From assembly GCA_964248365.1 (NCBI GenBank), contig CAXTYC010000015.1, positions 32,001 through 96,000 of the forward strand: DNA of 64,000 bases, read 5' to 3'. A model generated the notes under the pieces. The model did not search any database. It worked only from the letters and a program-made list of their open reading frames with translations, and had not been told where the DNA came from. The translations under genes were made by a program, and so were the position numbers. This document shows, in pieces, positions 1-10,642 of this stretch. This stretch comes from an uncultured Chroococcidiopsis sp. GTDB taxonomy: Bacteria > Cyanobacteriota > Cyanobacteriia > Cyanobacteriales > Chroococcidiopsidaceae. Each line of letters begins with the position of its first letter. Position 1 is the first letter of the stretch.

Positions 1-443
1 GCGACTGCAATTCCCAAGTCTAGTAAATTTGGTCGAGAACGGGCTACAACTTCGCTACCAAATTCTGGTAGTCTCACCAAAGAACCCAGAAGCAGGGCTA
101 AAAAAATTGCTGCCAGTGTTCCTACTACTATTGCAGTTAAACCTCTACGGAACAGCAAAACATTACCTTCTAAAGCTCCAAATGCTAACCCTCGAATTGG
201 TAACATCAAAGGAGCAACGAGCATAGCACCGATAATTACAGCCGCACTGTTGGAGAGTAACCCCAAAGTAGCGAACCTCCGTAGGAGGCGCTTCGCTAAC
301 GCACACGAACCGATAATCAATACAATATAGTTGCGATCTAAAGTTGATTCTTCTAACAGATCGACTTGTATTTTCTCTAGATTCTCCGAGCTAACTTTTC
401 TATTTTTGAGATTGTTAAAACGCTGCCTAATATTATTTGCCAT
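1..443 (-). CDS. DUF389 / TIGR00341-family membrane protein, runs off the window start; carries an in-frame 24-nt insertion
   Basis: Not in the ORF track. Manual translation from ATG at 443 (GGAGAGG upstream): MANNIRQRF...YIVLIIGSCA[LAKRLLRR]FATLGLLSNSAAVIIGAMLVAPLMLPIRG...RSRPNLLDLGIAVA, typical of DUF389. Confidence 0.85.
   Translation of the reverse strand, partial: MANNIRQRFNNLKNRKVSSENLEKIQVDLLEESTLDRNYIVLIIGSCALAKRLLRRFATLGLLSNSAAVIIGAMLVAPLMLPIRGLAFGALEGNVLLFRRGLTAIVVGTLAAIFLALLLGSLVRLPEFGSEVVARSRPNLLDLGIAV
276..299. mobile_element. Small dispersed repeat (SDR5-like) inserted at a HIP1-like site
   Basis: GCGAA-[CCTCCGTAGGAGGCGCTTCGCTAA]-CGC; contains a CCTCC-GTA-GGAGG hairpin; 24 nt, frame-preserving. 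Confidence 0.65.
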
Positions 444-546
444 CCTCTCCCTCCATCAGCAAAATGCATTATACGCACCAAAGTTGATTTCAGTCTGCTT
501 ATGTTGTTGTACTGTAGGGAACTGATGAATTTCATTTTAGTTCCCT

Positions 547-2112
547 ATGGCTTTAGATGCTGCTAAATCTGCAATTGAGCAAAATATAGAGCAATTTCTG
601 CTGGTGCTTTCCGTCTCCCTCAGTGTCGCCACCCTCTCGCGCGTTTTCACTTGGTTTCGCCAAATCCCTTACACCTTACTACTGGTGATTGTCGGCTTGG
701 TTTTAGCCTTCGTAGATGTGCGACTAGTTAGCCTCTCACCAGAATTGATTCTAGAGATTTTTTTGCCGCCGTTGCTGTTTGAAGCCGCCTGGAATTTGAA
801 ATGGCGGGATTTGCTGCGAGAGCTAGTACCAGTCACTCTTTATGCGGTTGTCGGTGTAATCATTTCTGTTGTGGGTATTGGTTTTGCCCTAAATCAAATA
901 GCTGGTATGACGTTACCTATAGCCCTGTTGGTGGGGGCGAGTCTAGCTGCTACAGATCCAGTTTCCGTAATTGCGCTGTTTCGGGAACTAGGGGCGGGAA
1001 AACGTCTTAACACTCTGATGGAGGGAGAGAGTTTATTCAATGACGGCGTGGCGGTTGTTGCTTTCGGTTTGTTGGTAGGAATTCCATTAGGGCTGGAGGA
1101 GTTCAATATTCCCACAACGATCGCTCGTTTCTTTGTGGTTGTTGGAGTCGGTATTGGTGTAGGTAGTATGATCGGTTTTGGTATTTCCTACCTCACCCAA
1201 AGGTTTGATTTACCCCTAGTGGAACAATCCCTTACTCTGGTTTCAGCTTATGGCACTTATATTGTTACTGAGAAATTGGGTGGTTCGGGTGTAATTGGTG
1301 TAGTTACCGTCAGTCTGATTTTAGGTAACTTTGGCTCTCGAATTGGTATGAATCCCCGTACCAGGCTCGTAGTGACTGAATTTTGGGAGTTTTTAGCCTT
1401 TTTTGTCAATTCAATCGTCTTTCTGCTAATTGGCGATCAAATCCACTATGCCAGTTTGGGCGAAAATCTAGGTTTGATTGCAATTACGATCGCAGCGATG
1501 ATTTTAACACGAGCGATCGCCATTTATGGACTGGGAGGCTTGAGCAATTGGTTAGCCAAGTCAGAAATTGGATTACGAAAGCAAACAGTACTGTGGTGGG
1601 GTGGCTTGCGCGGTTCTGTAGCGATCGCTCTAGCTTTAAGTGTGCCAGAATCCATCAGCGATCGCAAGGCGATTATTGACATTGTATTTGGAGTAGTTTT
1701 ATTTACACTGCTAGTCCAAGGTTTGACAATTAAAATATTGCTAGAAAAGCTAGGACTTATTAGCCAACAGCAGCCACTACGTCAAAAATATCTAGAAGCC
1801 GTTGCCCGTCGCATTGCCCTAAATCGGGTATTAAATTATCTATCTGCGGCAAGCCAATATCAAGAAATTGAGCCAGAATATTGCCGTTACCAAGCAGAAC
1901 TTATAGAAGGACAACTCAAAAGTATAGAAGAAGAAATTACTCAAATACAAAAGCAGTATCCTGATTTACGTACCTTGGTATTAGAACAACTTCAAGACAA
2001 ACTGTTAAACATTGAAGCTGATACTTATGCAGAATTAATCAGAGCAGGGCGACTTGATAATAAACTTTCTCCTCTACTTACAGAAATTATCGCAGTTGGA
2101 GAGGAAAACTAA
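547..2112 (+). CDS. Na+/H+ antiporter, CPA1 (NhaP/NhaS-like)
   Basis: FLPPLLF, ATDPVSV, EGESLFNDG and GGLRG motifs; many TM segments. Confidence 0.93.
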   Translation: MALDAAKSAIEQNIEQFLLVLSVSLSVATLSRVFTWFRQIPYTLLLVIVGLVLAFVDVRLVSLSPELILEIFLPPLLFEAAWNLKWRDLLRELVPVTLYAVVGVIISVVGIGFALNQIAGMTLPIALLVGASLAATDPVSVIALFRELGAGKRLNTLMEGESLFNDGVAVVAFGLLVGIPLGLEEFNIPTTIARFFVVVGVGIGVGSMIGFGISYLTQRFDLPLVEQSLTLVSAYGTYIVTEKLGGSGVIGVVTVSLILGNFGSRIGMNPRTRLVVTEFWEFLAFFVNSIVFLLIGDQIHYASLGENLGLIAITIAAMILTRAIAIYGLGGLSNWLAKSEIGLRKQTVLWWGGLRGSVAIALALSVPESISDRKAIIDIVFGVVLFTLLVQGLTIKILLEKLGLISQQQPLRQKYLEAVARRIALNRVLNYLSAASQYQEIEPEYCRYQAELIEGQLKSIEEEITQIQKQYPDLRTLVLEQLQDKLLNIEADTYAELIRAGRLDNKLSPLLTEIIAVGEEN

Positions 2113-2296
2113 ATAATTCGTAATTCGTAATTCGTAATTCGTAATTCGTAATTAACGGTTATAAGTGAAATTTATAGTAGGGTGGGCATTGCCCACCATT
2201 ATCTAAATAATTCGTAATTCGTAATTCGTAATTCGTAATTAACGGTTATAAGCATTGCCCACCATTCTCAGATTTGGTGGGCATTGCCCACCCTAC
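2113..2296. repeat. Composite repeat: duplicated (TAATTCG)n-TAATTAACGGTTATAAG unit plus GGTGGGCATTGCCCACC palindromes (STRR + REP-like)
   Basis: TAATTCG arrays at ~2113-2152 and ~2208-2240; palindromes at ~2181, ~2253 (partial) and ~2277; related palindromes at ~5990 and ~41763. Confidence 0.85.
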
Positions 2297-2313
2297 TAAA
2301 ATCTAAAATAGTA

Positions 2314-2934
2314 TTACCTTAACAAATTCTCTGGAATCTTCTCAGGTACAACCCAGTAGTAAATCAATTTGCCGTTTACCAGTTCCTTGCGCTGTGGTTT
2401 CCACTCTCCCATATCGAAAGCGTGGGACACTATGCGAGTACCAGGCTTGAGTTCTTTTAACAACTTCGGTCGCAACTTGATATTAATATCCGGTAGCAGG
2501 TAAAGAGTTACTACCGTAGCCTTACTCAAATCAGTCTCAAACAAGTCTTGTTGACGAAATTCTACCAGATTAGTGACACCAGCTTTTTGGGCATTTGCAT
2601 TCGCCTCCTCAATCCGCCTGGGGTTAATGTCTAGGCCCACACCGCGCGTACCGTACTTTTGTGCTGCGGTAATTACGATCCGCCCATCACCACTACCCAG
2701 ATCATAAAGAATATCATTTTTGTTGACTTTGGCGATCGCCAGCATTCGGTCTACAATTGCTCCAGGTGTTGGTACGTAGGGAACATCAGGCTGACGTTGG
2801 GGTTGAGTAGTAGGCGCACTTACTTGGGCTAGTACCAACGTATCGAACTGGTGTTTTTGAGTATACGCCACAAACATCAAGCTACCAACACTCACACCTG
2901 TAATCAGTAGCTGCGTTATTTGTTGTAACTGCAT
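2314..2934 (-). CDS. Class I SAM-dependent methyltransferase with N-terminal signal/anchor
   Basis: PDVPYVPTP, DLGSGDGRIV, VVTLYLLP, RIVSHAF. Confidence 0.9.
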   Translation of the reverse strand: MQLQQITQLLITGVSVGSLMFVAYTQKHQFDTLVLAQVSAPTTQPQRQPDVPYVPTPGAIVDRMLAIAKVNKNDILYDLGSGDGRIVITAAQKYGTRGVGLDINPRRIEEANANAQKAGVTNLVEFRQQDLFETDLSKATVVTLYLLPDINIKLRPKLLKELKPGTRIVSHAFDMGEWKPQRKELVNGKLIYYWVVPEKIPENLLR

Positions 2935-3020
2935 AGTACTTGTCTTTGTTTGAGTTGTAGAGACGCGACAGGTAGCGCGTCTCTACAAAATCATGCTTCA
3001 CAATCAGGAAAAGAAAGAGT

Positions 3021-3995
3021 TTAAAACCCGTTAAAGTTGTAGCCAACTCCGATTGCCAGCCCGACACTAGTGCTGTCAAAAAAGCCTGCATTGACCGCAG
3101 CTGTTGCGGTAAATTGGCGAGTTAAAGGAACGTCTACACCAGCAGTTACCATTGGTGCGACATCGCTGTTGTCACCAGTCGCAATGCCTATGCCAGCTCC
3201 TAAGTATGGAGCGAAAGAAGATAATGCTTCTTCGTCAATACCTGTTGATCTTAAGTTAAAGTCGTAGGTAATAGGAATCAAAACAGTCGTATTATCCCCA
3301 ATTATCGCCGACGGACGCACAGATATAGAATTTGTGAGTCCAATTTTGCTGATGATCGTAAAGTTACCCAAGCCCAATGCTGTTCCACCACCACCTAAAC
3401 CAATGTTACCAGCCACCCCAACATAGCTAGATCCAGAACGGGTAGCTCTACCAGGTCTAACATCACTACCAAAACTTGGCTGGGTAGGTGTGCTTTCTTG
3501 TGAAGGTGCAGTTTCCTGTGAAGGTGTGGTGGGTGTTGTTTCTGGGGTAGTAGTAGGTGGCATTTGCGTACCTGGGGTAGTAGGTGTAACAGTACCATCT
3601 GTACCTGGGGTAGTAGGTGTAACAGTACCATCTGTACCTGGGGTAGTAGTAGGTGGCACAGTTTGCGTACCTGGGGTAGTAGGTGTGACAGTACTATCTG
3701 TACCTGGGGTAGTAGGTGTGACAGTACCATCTGTACCTGGGGTAGTAGGTGTGACACTACCACCTGTACCTGGGGTAGTAGGTGTGGTGTTATCTGGAGC
3801 AGTAGGATCTACTTGTGCCACCCTAGTATCTATGGGTTCACTCCTTAGCACAGAAGCAGAAGTTAAAACCTTATTGTCTTTTCTCTCAACATTTGAGTTA
3901 ATAGTTTGAGCTTGAACTGAAAGTCCACTTGCAAGCACTGTCACACTAGTGAGACTAAGTAACAAAGAAGCCCGCTTGAAAAAAACGTTATTCAT
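3021..3995 (-). CDS. Exported outer-membrane beta-barrel-type protein with Thr/Pro-rich tandem repeats
   Basis: Signal peptide; TPTTPGTDGTV repeats; C-terminal PYLGAG...VGYNF amphipathic strands ending in Phe. Confidence 0.75.
   Translation of the reverse strand: MNNVFFKRASLLLSLTSVTVLASGLSVQAQTINSNVERKDNKVLTSASVLRSEPIDTRVAQVDPTAPDNTTPTTPGTGGSVTPTTPGTDGTVTPTTPGTDSTVTPTTPGTQTVPPTTTPGTDGTVTPTTPGTDGTVTPTTPGTQMPPTTTPETTPTTPSQETAPSQESTPTQPSFGSDVRPGRATRSGSSYVGVAGNIGLGGGGTALGLGNFTIISKIGLTNSISVRPSAIIGDNTTVLIPITYDFNLRSTGIDEEALSSFAPYLGAGIGIATGDNSDVAPMVTAGVDVPLTRQFTATAAVNAGFFDSTSVGLAIGVGYNFNGF
3568..3786. repeat. Coding tandem repeat, ~33-nt unit, about 7 copies
   Basis: GTACCTGGGGTAGTAGGTGT(A/G)ACAGTACCATCT repeated; encodes TPTTPGTDGTV. 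Confidence 0.9.
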
Positions 3996-4127
3996 TAGTT
4001 ATTCCCTCATGAACTCTGTGTCGAGAAATACCTAATAAATAACTTAGCTAAAGCAATGCTATTTAAAAATATTCAATGTGATGGATAATTGACTGACACA
4101 CTTGGATGTTCTTGTTTAGCAATAATC

Positions 4128-4230
4128 ATACCATTTTAGATTTTAGATTTTAGATTTAAAGATTGTGAAAGCCTTATAATAGTGGGAGTTTCAGCATTCC
4201 AAGTCTTGCTGCAATAAAATAAAATGGTAT
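4128..4230. mobile_element. MITE-like element
   Basis: Terminal inverted repeats ATACCATTTTA / TAAAATGGTAT enclosing (TTTTAGA)n. Confidence 0.55.
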
Positions 4231-4384
4231 CAGCAATTTCTTACCTAAGAAAGAGGTAATATTATCAATAAGTTTTAAGATATAGCGCTTTTTTATTTTA
4301 TCATGATAAAATAAAATATCAGCCCCTTTGCAAAGAGGCTTTTTGCCAACTATAAGCCGCGATCGCGTCTATAAAATTTCTGTC

Positions 4385-5824
4385 CTAATCCCTAGAATAT
4401 ATTCGCTTGAGCAAATCATAAAAAGGTTGCCAATTATCTTCGTTGGCGATCGGTTCCCAAATTGACTCAATCACTGGTCTAAGTAATGCAGTCTTAGGAT
4501 TACTCTGCTTCAATCGAGGAGCAACATTATCCATCTCATCCAAGGTCAACTGAGTTAAAATTTCGTGGTATAGATTACGCCAGTTATTTAAATATTGTGC
4601 TGGGATATCGGCTAATTCGAGTATAGAATTAGCATCAGAGCGCCAAAAGGGTGAAAAACTTTGTGCCAACTGTGAAAAGAAATCGTGGTAGCCGATTTGA
4701 GTATCTCTTAAAAGCAGAATTGTAAATTCAAAAAGCTGATTTGACTGGGGTAATTCAATCTGAGAAAAACCTAACTTTTTCAGCATTAAATTCTTATATT
4801 CAGCTTGATAATATTCACCAAAAAGAGCTAAACTATTTTCCATATCGGTAGGGTCAATCACAACCCCTAACGGTTCTTGCAGTGCTGCTAAATTAAGTTG
4901 ACAAATAGCAGGTTGCCTGCCATAACTATAGCGGCGGGAATAGTCAAAATATGCGGCAGTAAATTGGAGATCATAGCTAGGGATAAAAGCATAAGGACCA
5001 TAGTCAAAACTTTCACCCGTAATTGACATATTATCAGTATTTAGTACTCCATGACAAAAGCCAGCCGCCATCCATTGCGCTGTTAATTGTGCTACCCGTT
5101 TGACTAATTCTGCATAAAACAGAACATAAGAATCTGGTTTACCCTGGAAAGAAGGGTAGTAATACTCAATTACATGATCTAACAGCTTTTTGATTAAATC
5201 TGGACGCTCGATGCAATATAATCGCTCAAACGTGCCAAATCGAATATGCGATCGGCTAAAGCGCACCATTACAGACGATCGCGTTGGCGAAGGTTCATCG
5301 CCTCGCCAAAGTTGTTCACCTGTTTCAAGCATGGACAGACAGCGAGAGGTACGCACACCCATCTGATGTAGTGCTTCCGCTGCTAAGACTTCCCTCACAC
5401 CTCCCTTGAGTGTTAACCTACCATCACCACCACGAGAGTAGGGAGTTTTGCCCGAACCTTTCGTCCCAAAGTCATAAAGTTCGCCATCCACACCCCGCAC
5501 TTGACCATATAGAAAGCCTCTACCATCACCCAGAAAGGGGTTATATTCACCAAATTGATAGCCATGATAGCGTAGAGCTAAAAAAGGTTTTACTTGCTGA
5601 AATTTGCCAAACGCTTCAATAAAATCTTCGTCACTTACAGCTTGGGGATCTAATCCTAGCTTGGGTAGTAGGCGATCGTTGCGAAAGCGCAAAATGTGCT
5701 GGGGAAATTCAGCCGCTTCGACTTCATCGAAAAAGTCACCCCCCAAAGATTCCATCGCGCTTTCGTAGTTGAGGGTAAGGAAGGGGTTGGAAGAATTGGA
5801 GTTATTTGGAGTTGTAGCTATCAT
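4385..5824 (-). CDS. selO: Protein adenylyltransferase SelO (YdiU family)
   Basis: [35 protein letters not shown]. Confidence 0.93.
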   Translation of the reverse strand: MIATTPNNSNSSNPFLTLNYESAMESLGGDFFDEVEAAEFPQHILRFRNDRLLPKLGLDPQAVSDEDFIEAFGKFQQVKPFLALRYHGYQFGEYNPFLGDGRGFLYGQVRGVDGELYDFGTKGSGKTPYSRGGDGRLTLKGGVREVLAAEALHQMGVRTSRCLSMLETGEQLWRGDEPSPTRSSVMVRFSRSHIRFGTFERLYCIERPDLIKKLLDHVIEYYYPSFQGKPDSYVLFYAELVKRVAQLTAQWMAAGFCHGVLNTDNMSITGESFDYGPYAFIPSYDLQFTAAYFDYSRRYSYGRQPAICQLNLAALQEPLGVVIDPTDMENSLALFGEYYQAEYKNLMLKKLGFSQIELPQSNQLFEFTILLLRDTQIGYHDFFSQLAQSFSPFWRSDANSILELADIPAQYLNNWRNLYHEILTQLTLDEMDNVAPRLKQSNPKTALLRPVIESIWEPIANEDNWQPFYDLLKRIYSRD

Positions 5825-6036
5825 GAGGAGCAAAATTTAATTCATTCTGCTCTCGATCCTAGCTAAGTATGATCGTAGTATACCACCCATGCCCACCTAA
5901 ATATAAATTAATCAAAAAAGCGAAATTTAATCTATGGCGACACAATATGTTTAATATATTGCAAATAAAATCTAAATTAAATTCCTGTGGTGGGCAATGC
6001 CCACCCTACTGACAAATTTAATTCCAGCGGCACAAG

Positions 6037-6694
6037 ATGATTAATATATTAGTATTAAAATCTAAATTGAATCAATTAGCTAGTATAGATAAAAAAATCA
6101 CTATTTTTGCTTCCCAATTCCATCAATATAAACTAAATACTTGCTTAGCAGCGGCAGAAATCCAAGCATTTGAGCGAGAATACAAAATTACACTTCCACA
6201 AGATTATCGCAACTTTTTGCGCTTAAGTTGGTAATGGGGGTGCAGGTCCTGGGTATGGTTTACTTGGGATAGGATATGAAAGTGAAATGACTGAAACATT
6301 GAATGAAGAAAGCGATAAATTTTTGGCTCAGCCATTTCTACTAAAGGAAGCATGGAATGATTTAGATTTAATGATTGAAAATGAACAGGAAGAAGAATAT
6401 GCCTACTTTGATAACAAATTCATCCAAGGCACTATCACAATTGCACACTATGGTTGTGGAATGTTTGCACGGTTAGTTATTACAGGGGAGCAGCGCGGAA
6501 ATATTTGGATGGACGATCGCAGTAATGATGGTGGTATATATCCTTTTTCTCGCAATGTTTGCTATTTTCTTCATGAAAGCAAAGCAGATAATTGCCATGA
6601 AGATGAAGATATGCAGCAGCCTTTGAGTTTTTATAACTGGTATGACGACTGGCTGAATAGGAGTTTGTCTGCAAGTCACAACTACTATCGGTAG
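6037..6694 (+). pseudogene. SMI1/KNR4 (SUKH) immunity-type protein, frameshifted
   Basis: ORF1 ends ...EIQAFEREYKITLPQDYRNFL; the expected continuation VGNGGAGPGYGL lies in the frame of ORF 6287-6694 (HYGCG...LVITGEQRGNIW..SFYNWY); break near 6215-6228. Confidence 0.8.
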
Positions 6695-6784
6695 ACATCC
6701 GCAAACTGCTTTACCGCCGTTTGCAGCAAGCAGGAGTGGGTACGGGCGCTTTGATTGATAAACCCGCCCCTACTACTTTTCGCT

Positions 6785-9067
6785 TTATTCCTCAACTTCA
6801 CCAACGCGGCGCATATCAATAATGTCACTCATTTTCTTAATCTGAGTAAAAACGTGTTCGAGTTGGTTGCGATCGCGCACATCTATTCCCAATTCAATCA
6901 CCGCTGGCTGACCATAAGCAGTTTTCACTTGGGCATTACGCACATTGATCCCCACGTCAGTCAATCTTGACAGGATATCTCTAAGTACCCCTACTCGGTC
7001 AATTGCTTCGATTTGAATATTAACCGGATAAGTTTGGGGACGCATTCTTTGTGAGTCGGTTGAATTCCAACTCGTTGGTACTAGGCGATCGCACTGCACA
7101 TTTTCTACATTCTGGCATCCTTGGCGATGAATCGAAATTCCCCGATTGCTGCGTGTCGTCACCACACCGATAATTGATTCCCCAGGAATTGGACTACAAC
7201 ACTTTGCCAAATGATAAAGTAGCCCTTCTACTCCGGCTATAGGCGATTCACTTGCACGGGTTGGGGGTGAAACAGCGGCTTCTCGCAGCGATTTTGTATT
7301 ATTAGAAGGCAAGCTGGGGGGAACTTCCGAGTTAGTAACAAGTGGTTGCTGTGCTTTAACTACTTCTCGCCAACGATTTAGCACCAAGTTCAAAGTAACT
7401 TCGCCATAACCTAAAGCGGCGAGTAAATCTTCAACGCTGTGATAATTACATCGCTCTGCTACAGTTTGCATTGGTTCTGACTTTAACAAAGCTTCAAAGC
7501 CAGTTTTACCCATTTCCTTTTCTAACAATCCACGACCACGAGCGACGTTTTCTTCTCGACGCGATCGCTTGTACCACTGCCGAATTCTGTTTTTCGCTGC
7601 TGACGTTGTGACAAAATTCAACCAATCCAAACTCGGATGACTGTTCTTCTGAGTGATAATTTCTACAATATCCCCATTCTTCAGCGTTGTGTCCAGAGTC
7701 ATCATCCGCCCGTTGACTTTCGCCCCAGCACAACGATTTCCTACTTCGGTGTGAATTCGATAGGCAAAATCCACTGGCGTTGAACCTGGACTTAGGGGAA
7801 CCACATCTCCTTTAGGAGTGAAGACATAAACTTCATCTTCAAATAAGTTGTCTTTGATGCTTTCTAGATATTCCTGGGCATCTTTGAGGTCATTTTGCCA
7901 TTCCAATAGCTGCCTTAGCCAAGTAAACTTCTCGTCTACAGGTGTGAGCTTGGCATTACTAGAACCACCTGTTTCCTTATACTTCCAATGAGCGGCAATT
8001 CCATACTCTGCTACTTGGTGCATCTCCACCGTCCGAATCTGCACCTCTAGGGGACGACCTGTAAAACCGACGACAGCAGTATGCAAAGACTGATAGCGGT
8101 TCGGCTTGGGCAAACCGATATAGTCCTTAAATCGTCCAGGGATCGGTTTAAAGGCATCATGCACCACTGCCAAAGCACGGTAGCATTCCTCATTCGTTTT
8201 CACAATGATCCGAATTGCTGCCAGATCGTAAATTTCATGAAATTCTTTTTGCTGCCGCTGCATCTTTTGGTAGATTCCATAAAGGTGCTTAGGACGACCA
8301 CTGATGTCAAATACCTGAATGCCAGAGTGCGCCAACCCCTGCTGCAAAGTTTCTGTAACTTTTGTGAGTCTTTCCTCCCTAGCTGCTCGTTTTTCAGCTA
8401 CTAATTCCTGAATTTGACGATAAGCTTCGGGTTCGAGATACTTAAATGCTAAATCTTCCAATTCCCACTTAAACCGCCCGATCCCCAACCGATTAGCCAA
8501 GGGAGCAAATATTTCTCGTGTTTCCAGAGCGATGCGACGGCGTTTGTCATCTGGCAAATGTTCGAGTGTACGCATATTGTGCAGCCGATCCGCTAGCTTG
8601 ACTACAATTACGCGAATATCTTGAGCCATTGCTAAGAACATCCGCCGGAAGTTCTCGGCTTGGCGCTCAGTCTTGCTGGAGAAATTTTCCGAAAACTTTG
8701 ATAGCTTAGTTACACCTTCGACTAGATGCCGGACTTCTGCACCAAAGCGTTGTTCTATCTCTTCTGGCGTGACTGGCGTATCCTCAACCACGTCGTGCAA
8801 AAAACCAGCAGCAATCATAGCGCTGCCACCTCCTAAGTCCCGCAACAACCCAGAAACGGCGATAGGATGACAAATGTAAGGTTCTCCTGATTTGCGGTAT
8901 TGCTCTTTATGCAGGTTGTAGGCAAATTCAAAGGCTCGACAAATCAGGCTATTGTCTTGCTGCGATCGCTCTGAGTTTGCATGGCTATCTGGCGCTGCTA
9001 TTAAACAGTTTTGTAGCCAATCAGGAATAGCAACATCAAAGGGGGTAATGGGAGCCAGGGTGTTCAT
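6785..9067 (-). CDS. rel: Bifunctional (p)ppGpp synthetase/hydrolase (RelA/SpoT)
   Basis: HD motif LHDVVED, KLADRLHNMRTL, YQSLHT, EVQIRT, TGS and ACT domains. Confidence 0.97.
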   Translation of the reverse strand: MNTLAPITPFDVAIPDWLQNCLIAAPDSHANSERSQQDNSLICRAFEFAYNLHKEQYRKSGEPYICHPIAVSGLLRDLGGGSAMIAAGFLHDVVEDTPVTPEEIEQRFGAEVRHLVEGVTKLSKFSENFSSKTERQAENFRRMFLAMAQDIRVIVVKLADRLHNMRTLEHLPDDKRRRIALETREIFAPLANRLGIGRFKWELEDLAFKYLEPEAYRQIQELVAEKRAAREERLTKVTETLQQGLAHSGIQVFDISGRPKHLYGIYQKMQRQQKEFHEIYDLAAIRIIVKTNEECYRALAVVHDAFKPIPGRFKDYIGLPKPNRYQSLHTAVVGFTGRPLEVQIRTVEMHQVAEYGIAAHWKYKETGGSSNAKLTPVDEKFTWLRQLLEWQNDLKDAQEYLESIKDNLFEDEVYVFTPKGDVVPLSPGSTPVDFAYRIHTEVGNRCAGAKVNGRMMTLDTTLKNGDIVEIITQKNSHPSLDWLNFVTTSAAKNRIRQWYKRSRREENVARGRGLLEKEMGKTGFEALLKSEPMQTVAERCNYHSVEDLLAALGYGEVTLNLVLNRWREVVKAQQPLVTNSEVPPSLPSNNTKSLREAAVSPPTRASESPIAGVEGLLYHLAKCCSPIPGESIIGVVTTRSNRGISIHRQGCQNVENVQCDRLVPTSWNSTDSQRMRPQTYPVNIQIEAIDRVGVLRDILSRLTDVGINVRNAQVKTAYGQPAVIELGIDVRDRNQLEHVFTQIKKMSDIIDMRRVGEVEE

Positions 9068-9110
9068 AGGGACGGGCTTCAAACACTCTTATATGTAGAT
9101 TTAGGGAAAC

Positions 9111-9124
9111 GTAACATAAACTAC
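9111..9124. promoter_or_regulatory. NtcA-binding site between rel and patD
   Basis: GTA-ACATAAAC-TAC, a perfect GTA-N8-TAC. Confidence 0.65.
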
Positions 9125-9364
9125 AATGCTTCAGGATTGAGGTATTCAAAAATCGGCTATTACTACATTTTTAGTCTGAAGAGTAATAGCTTTGCCTTTG
9201 CTGTGTGCCTCAAGCGCGGCTATCGAAAGATTTTGACGGACGATTTGACTTTAGACTGAAAAAACCTCAAGCTTGCTTAAACTTTGTAGCTATCCTCAGT
9301 GTTGAATAGGGTTTATTCTATAACCAAAATTCTTTACATTAATACTATCCTAAGAATGGGATGT

Positions 9365-9736
9365 ATGTTGCCACATATTTATATTCAGCGCTATAACGAC
9401 TTTGCCATGATGCTTTTGCAGTTGCAACAAGCGGCAGCAGCTGGGGCGAGGATAGATGCACCTACCCTTCAAGAGAGTTTTTTGAAAGCACAACAATTTT
9501 TTCAGCAGCAGATAGTAAGTTTGGACAATAGTGACTTAGAGCCAGCTGATGAACCTAGAGTACGATCATATCAAACGGAGATCAGTAAACAACTACAGTT
9601 GTTAAGCATAGATGTGATGTTTTTGCAAGCGGCGCGCCAGCAACAAACGGCTACAATTAGACAAAACCAAATTCATTTGCGCCTGCAAACTTTGATTAGC
9701 TACTGTAATGCAATCATGGAAGGGGCTAGGGGCTAG
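9365..9736 (+). CDS. patD: PatD-family protein
   Basis: QQFFQQQI..RSYQTEISKQLQLL..DVMFLQAARQ..RLQTLISYC; divergent from rel. Confidence 0.8.
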   Translation: MLPHIYIQRYNDFAMMLLQLQQAAAAGARIDAPTLQESFLKAQQFFQQQIVSLDNSDLEPADEPRVRSYQTEISKQLQLLSIDVMFLQAARQQQTATIRQNQIHLRLQTLISYCNAIMEGARG

Positions 9737-9992
9737 GGGTTAGGGGCTAGAAGGAAGCCAAAGGAAGCCAAAGGGAGAATTGCGAATTGTTCTGTCTGTT
9801 GGAAGTAGCCGCCAGATGGTGCATATTTCCTACTTTTTACGATCCGATTGTGTGTAAATCCTGATTATTCTTGACTTGGGAAAAACAACTGTAATAAATC
9901 TAGTAGGGTAGCGATCGCTTGCAATACCAGATAAATCAGTTACGACGCGATCGCCCAAGCCAAACAAATAGATTCAGCAAGGGTACAGCCTT

Positions 9993-10442
9993 ATGACATT
10001 CTTTCAATTCGAGGCAGATTTTGTAGATAGTCTACGTTGTATTCCTATGCAGGTGCGATTGAAGCTTGACACTTGCGGCATCAAGTTGCAACTGTCTGAT
10101 TGGAACCATTTTAATGCAACACAAAGGCAAGCTTTGGTTGAGATGCCTTGTCACACTGAAACTGAAATTCAAACTTACCGAGAATTTCTTCAACAATTGG
10201 TGCAGCAATACAATGGCGCACCACCAGCAGAACTACCAGTCGAGTCACATCCAGCGTGGATGGATTATACCACTATTCCAACTTTTGTGCAAGAAAAAGC
10301 TCAGGAAGTCGGAGGGGCGATCGCCTTACCACAATGGGCTTCCCTTACTCCTTTACAACGCTTTGCCTTAATTAAACTTAGCCGTCCCAGCCATGAAAAC
10401 AAAAATTTTTTACCAGCACTTCAAGAATTCAACCTACTCTAA
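9993..10442 (+). CDS. narM: Nitrate reductase-associated protein
   Basis: FFQFEADFVDSLRCIPMQVRLKLD...LQRFALIKLSRPSHEN. Confidence 0.88.
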   Translation: MTFFQFEADFVDSLRCIPMQVRLKLDTCGIKLQLSDWNHFNATQRQALVEMPCHTETEIQTYREFLQQLVQQYNGAPPAELPVESHPAWMDYTTIPTFVQEKAQEVGGAIALPQWASLTPLQRFALIKLSRPSHENKNFLPALQEFNLL

Positions 10443-10514
10443 CCAAAATAGCTATTAGCTATTAGCTAAATGTTCATTGTTTATTGGTTTTTGACATAGA
10501 CGCTATTGATCCTG

Positions 10515-10642
10515 CTAAGCTAAAGCGCATTTAAATTGCATATGATTAACTAGAACAAAAACGGTCAAACCTTCTCCCACTCTCCCACTCTCCCCCTCTC
10601 CCCCTCAATCTATACGAGTAAATTGAATGCCTAACAGCTTAG
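10515..10642. mobile_element. Degenerate MITE-like element
   Basis: Imperfect TIRs CTAAGCTAAAGCGCATTTAAATT / AATTGAATGCCTAACAGCTTAG enclosing TCTCCCAC-type repeats. Confidence 0.45.

Noticed and set aside
29..525. Plus-strand ORFs 29-226 and 331-525
   Set aside because: Shadows of the minus-strand DUF389 gene
3568..3786. 33-nt repeats as a CRISPR array
   Set aside because: No unique spacers; the repeats are contiguous and in frame within a CDS; no cas genes
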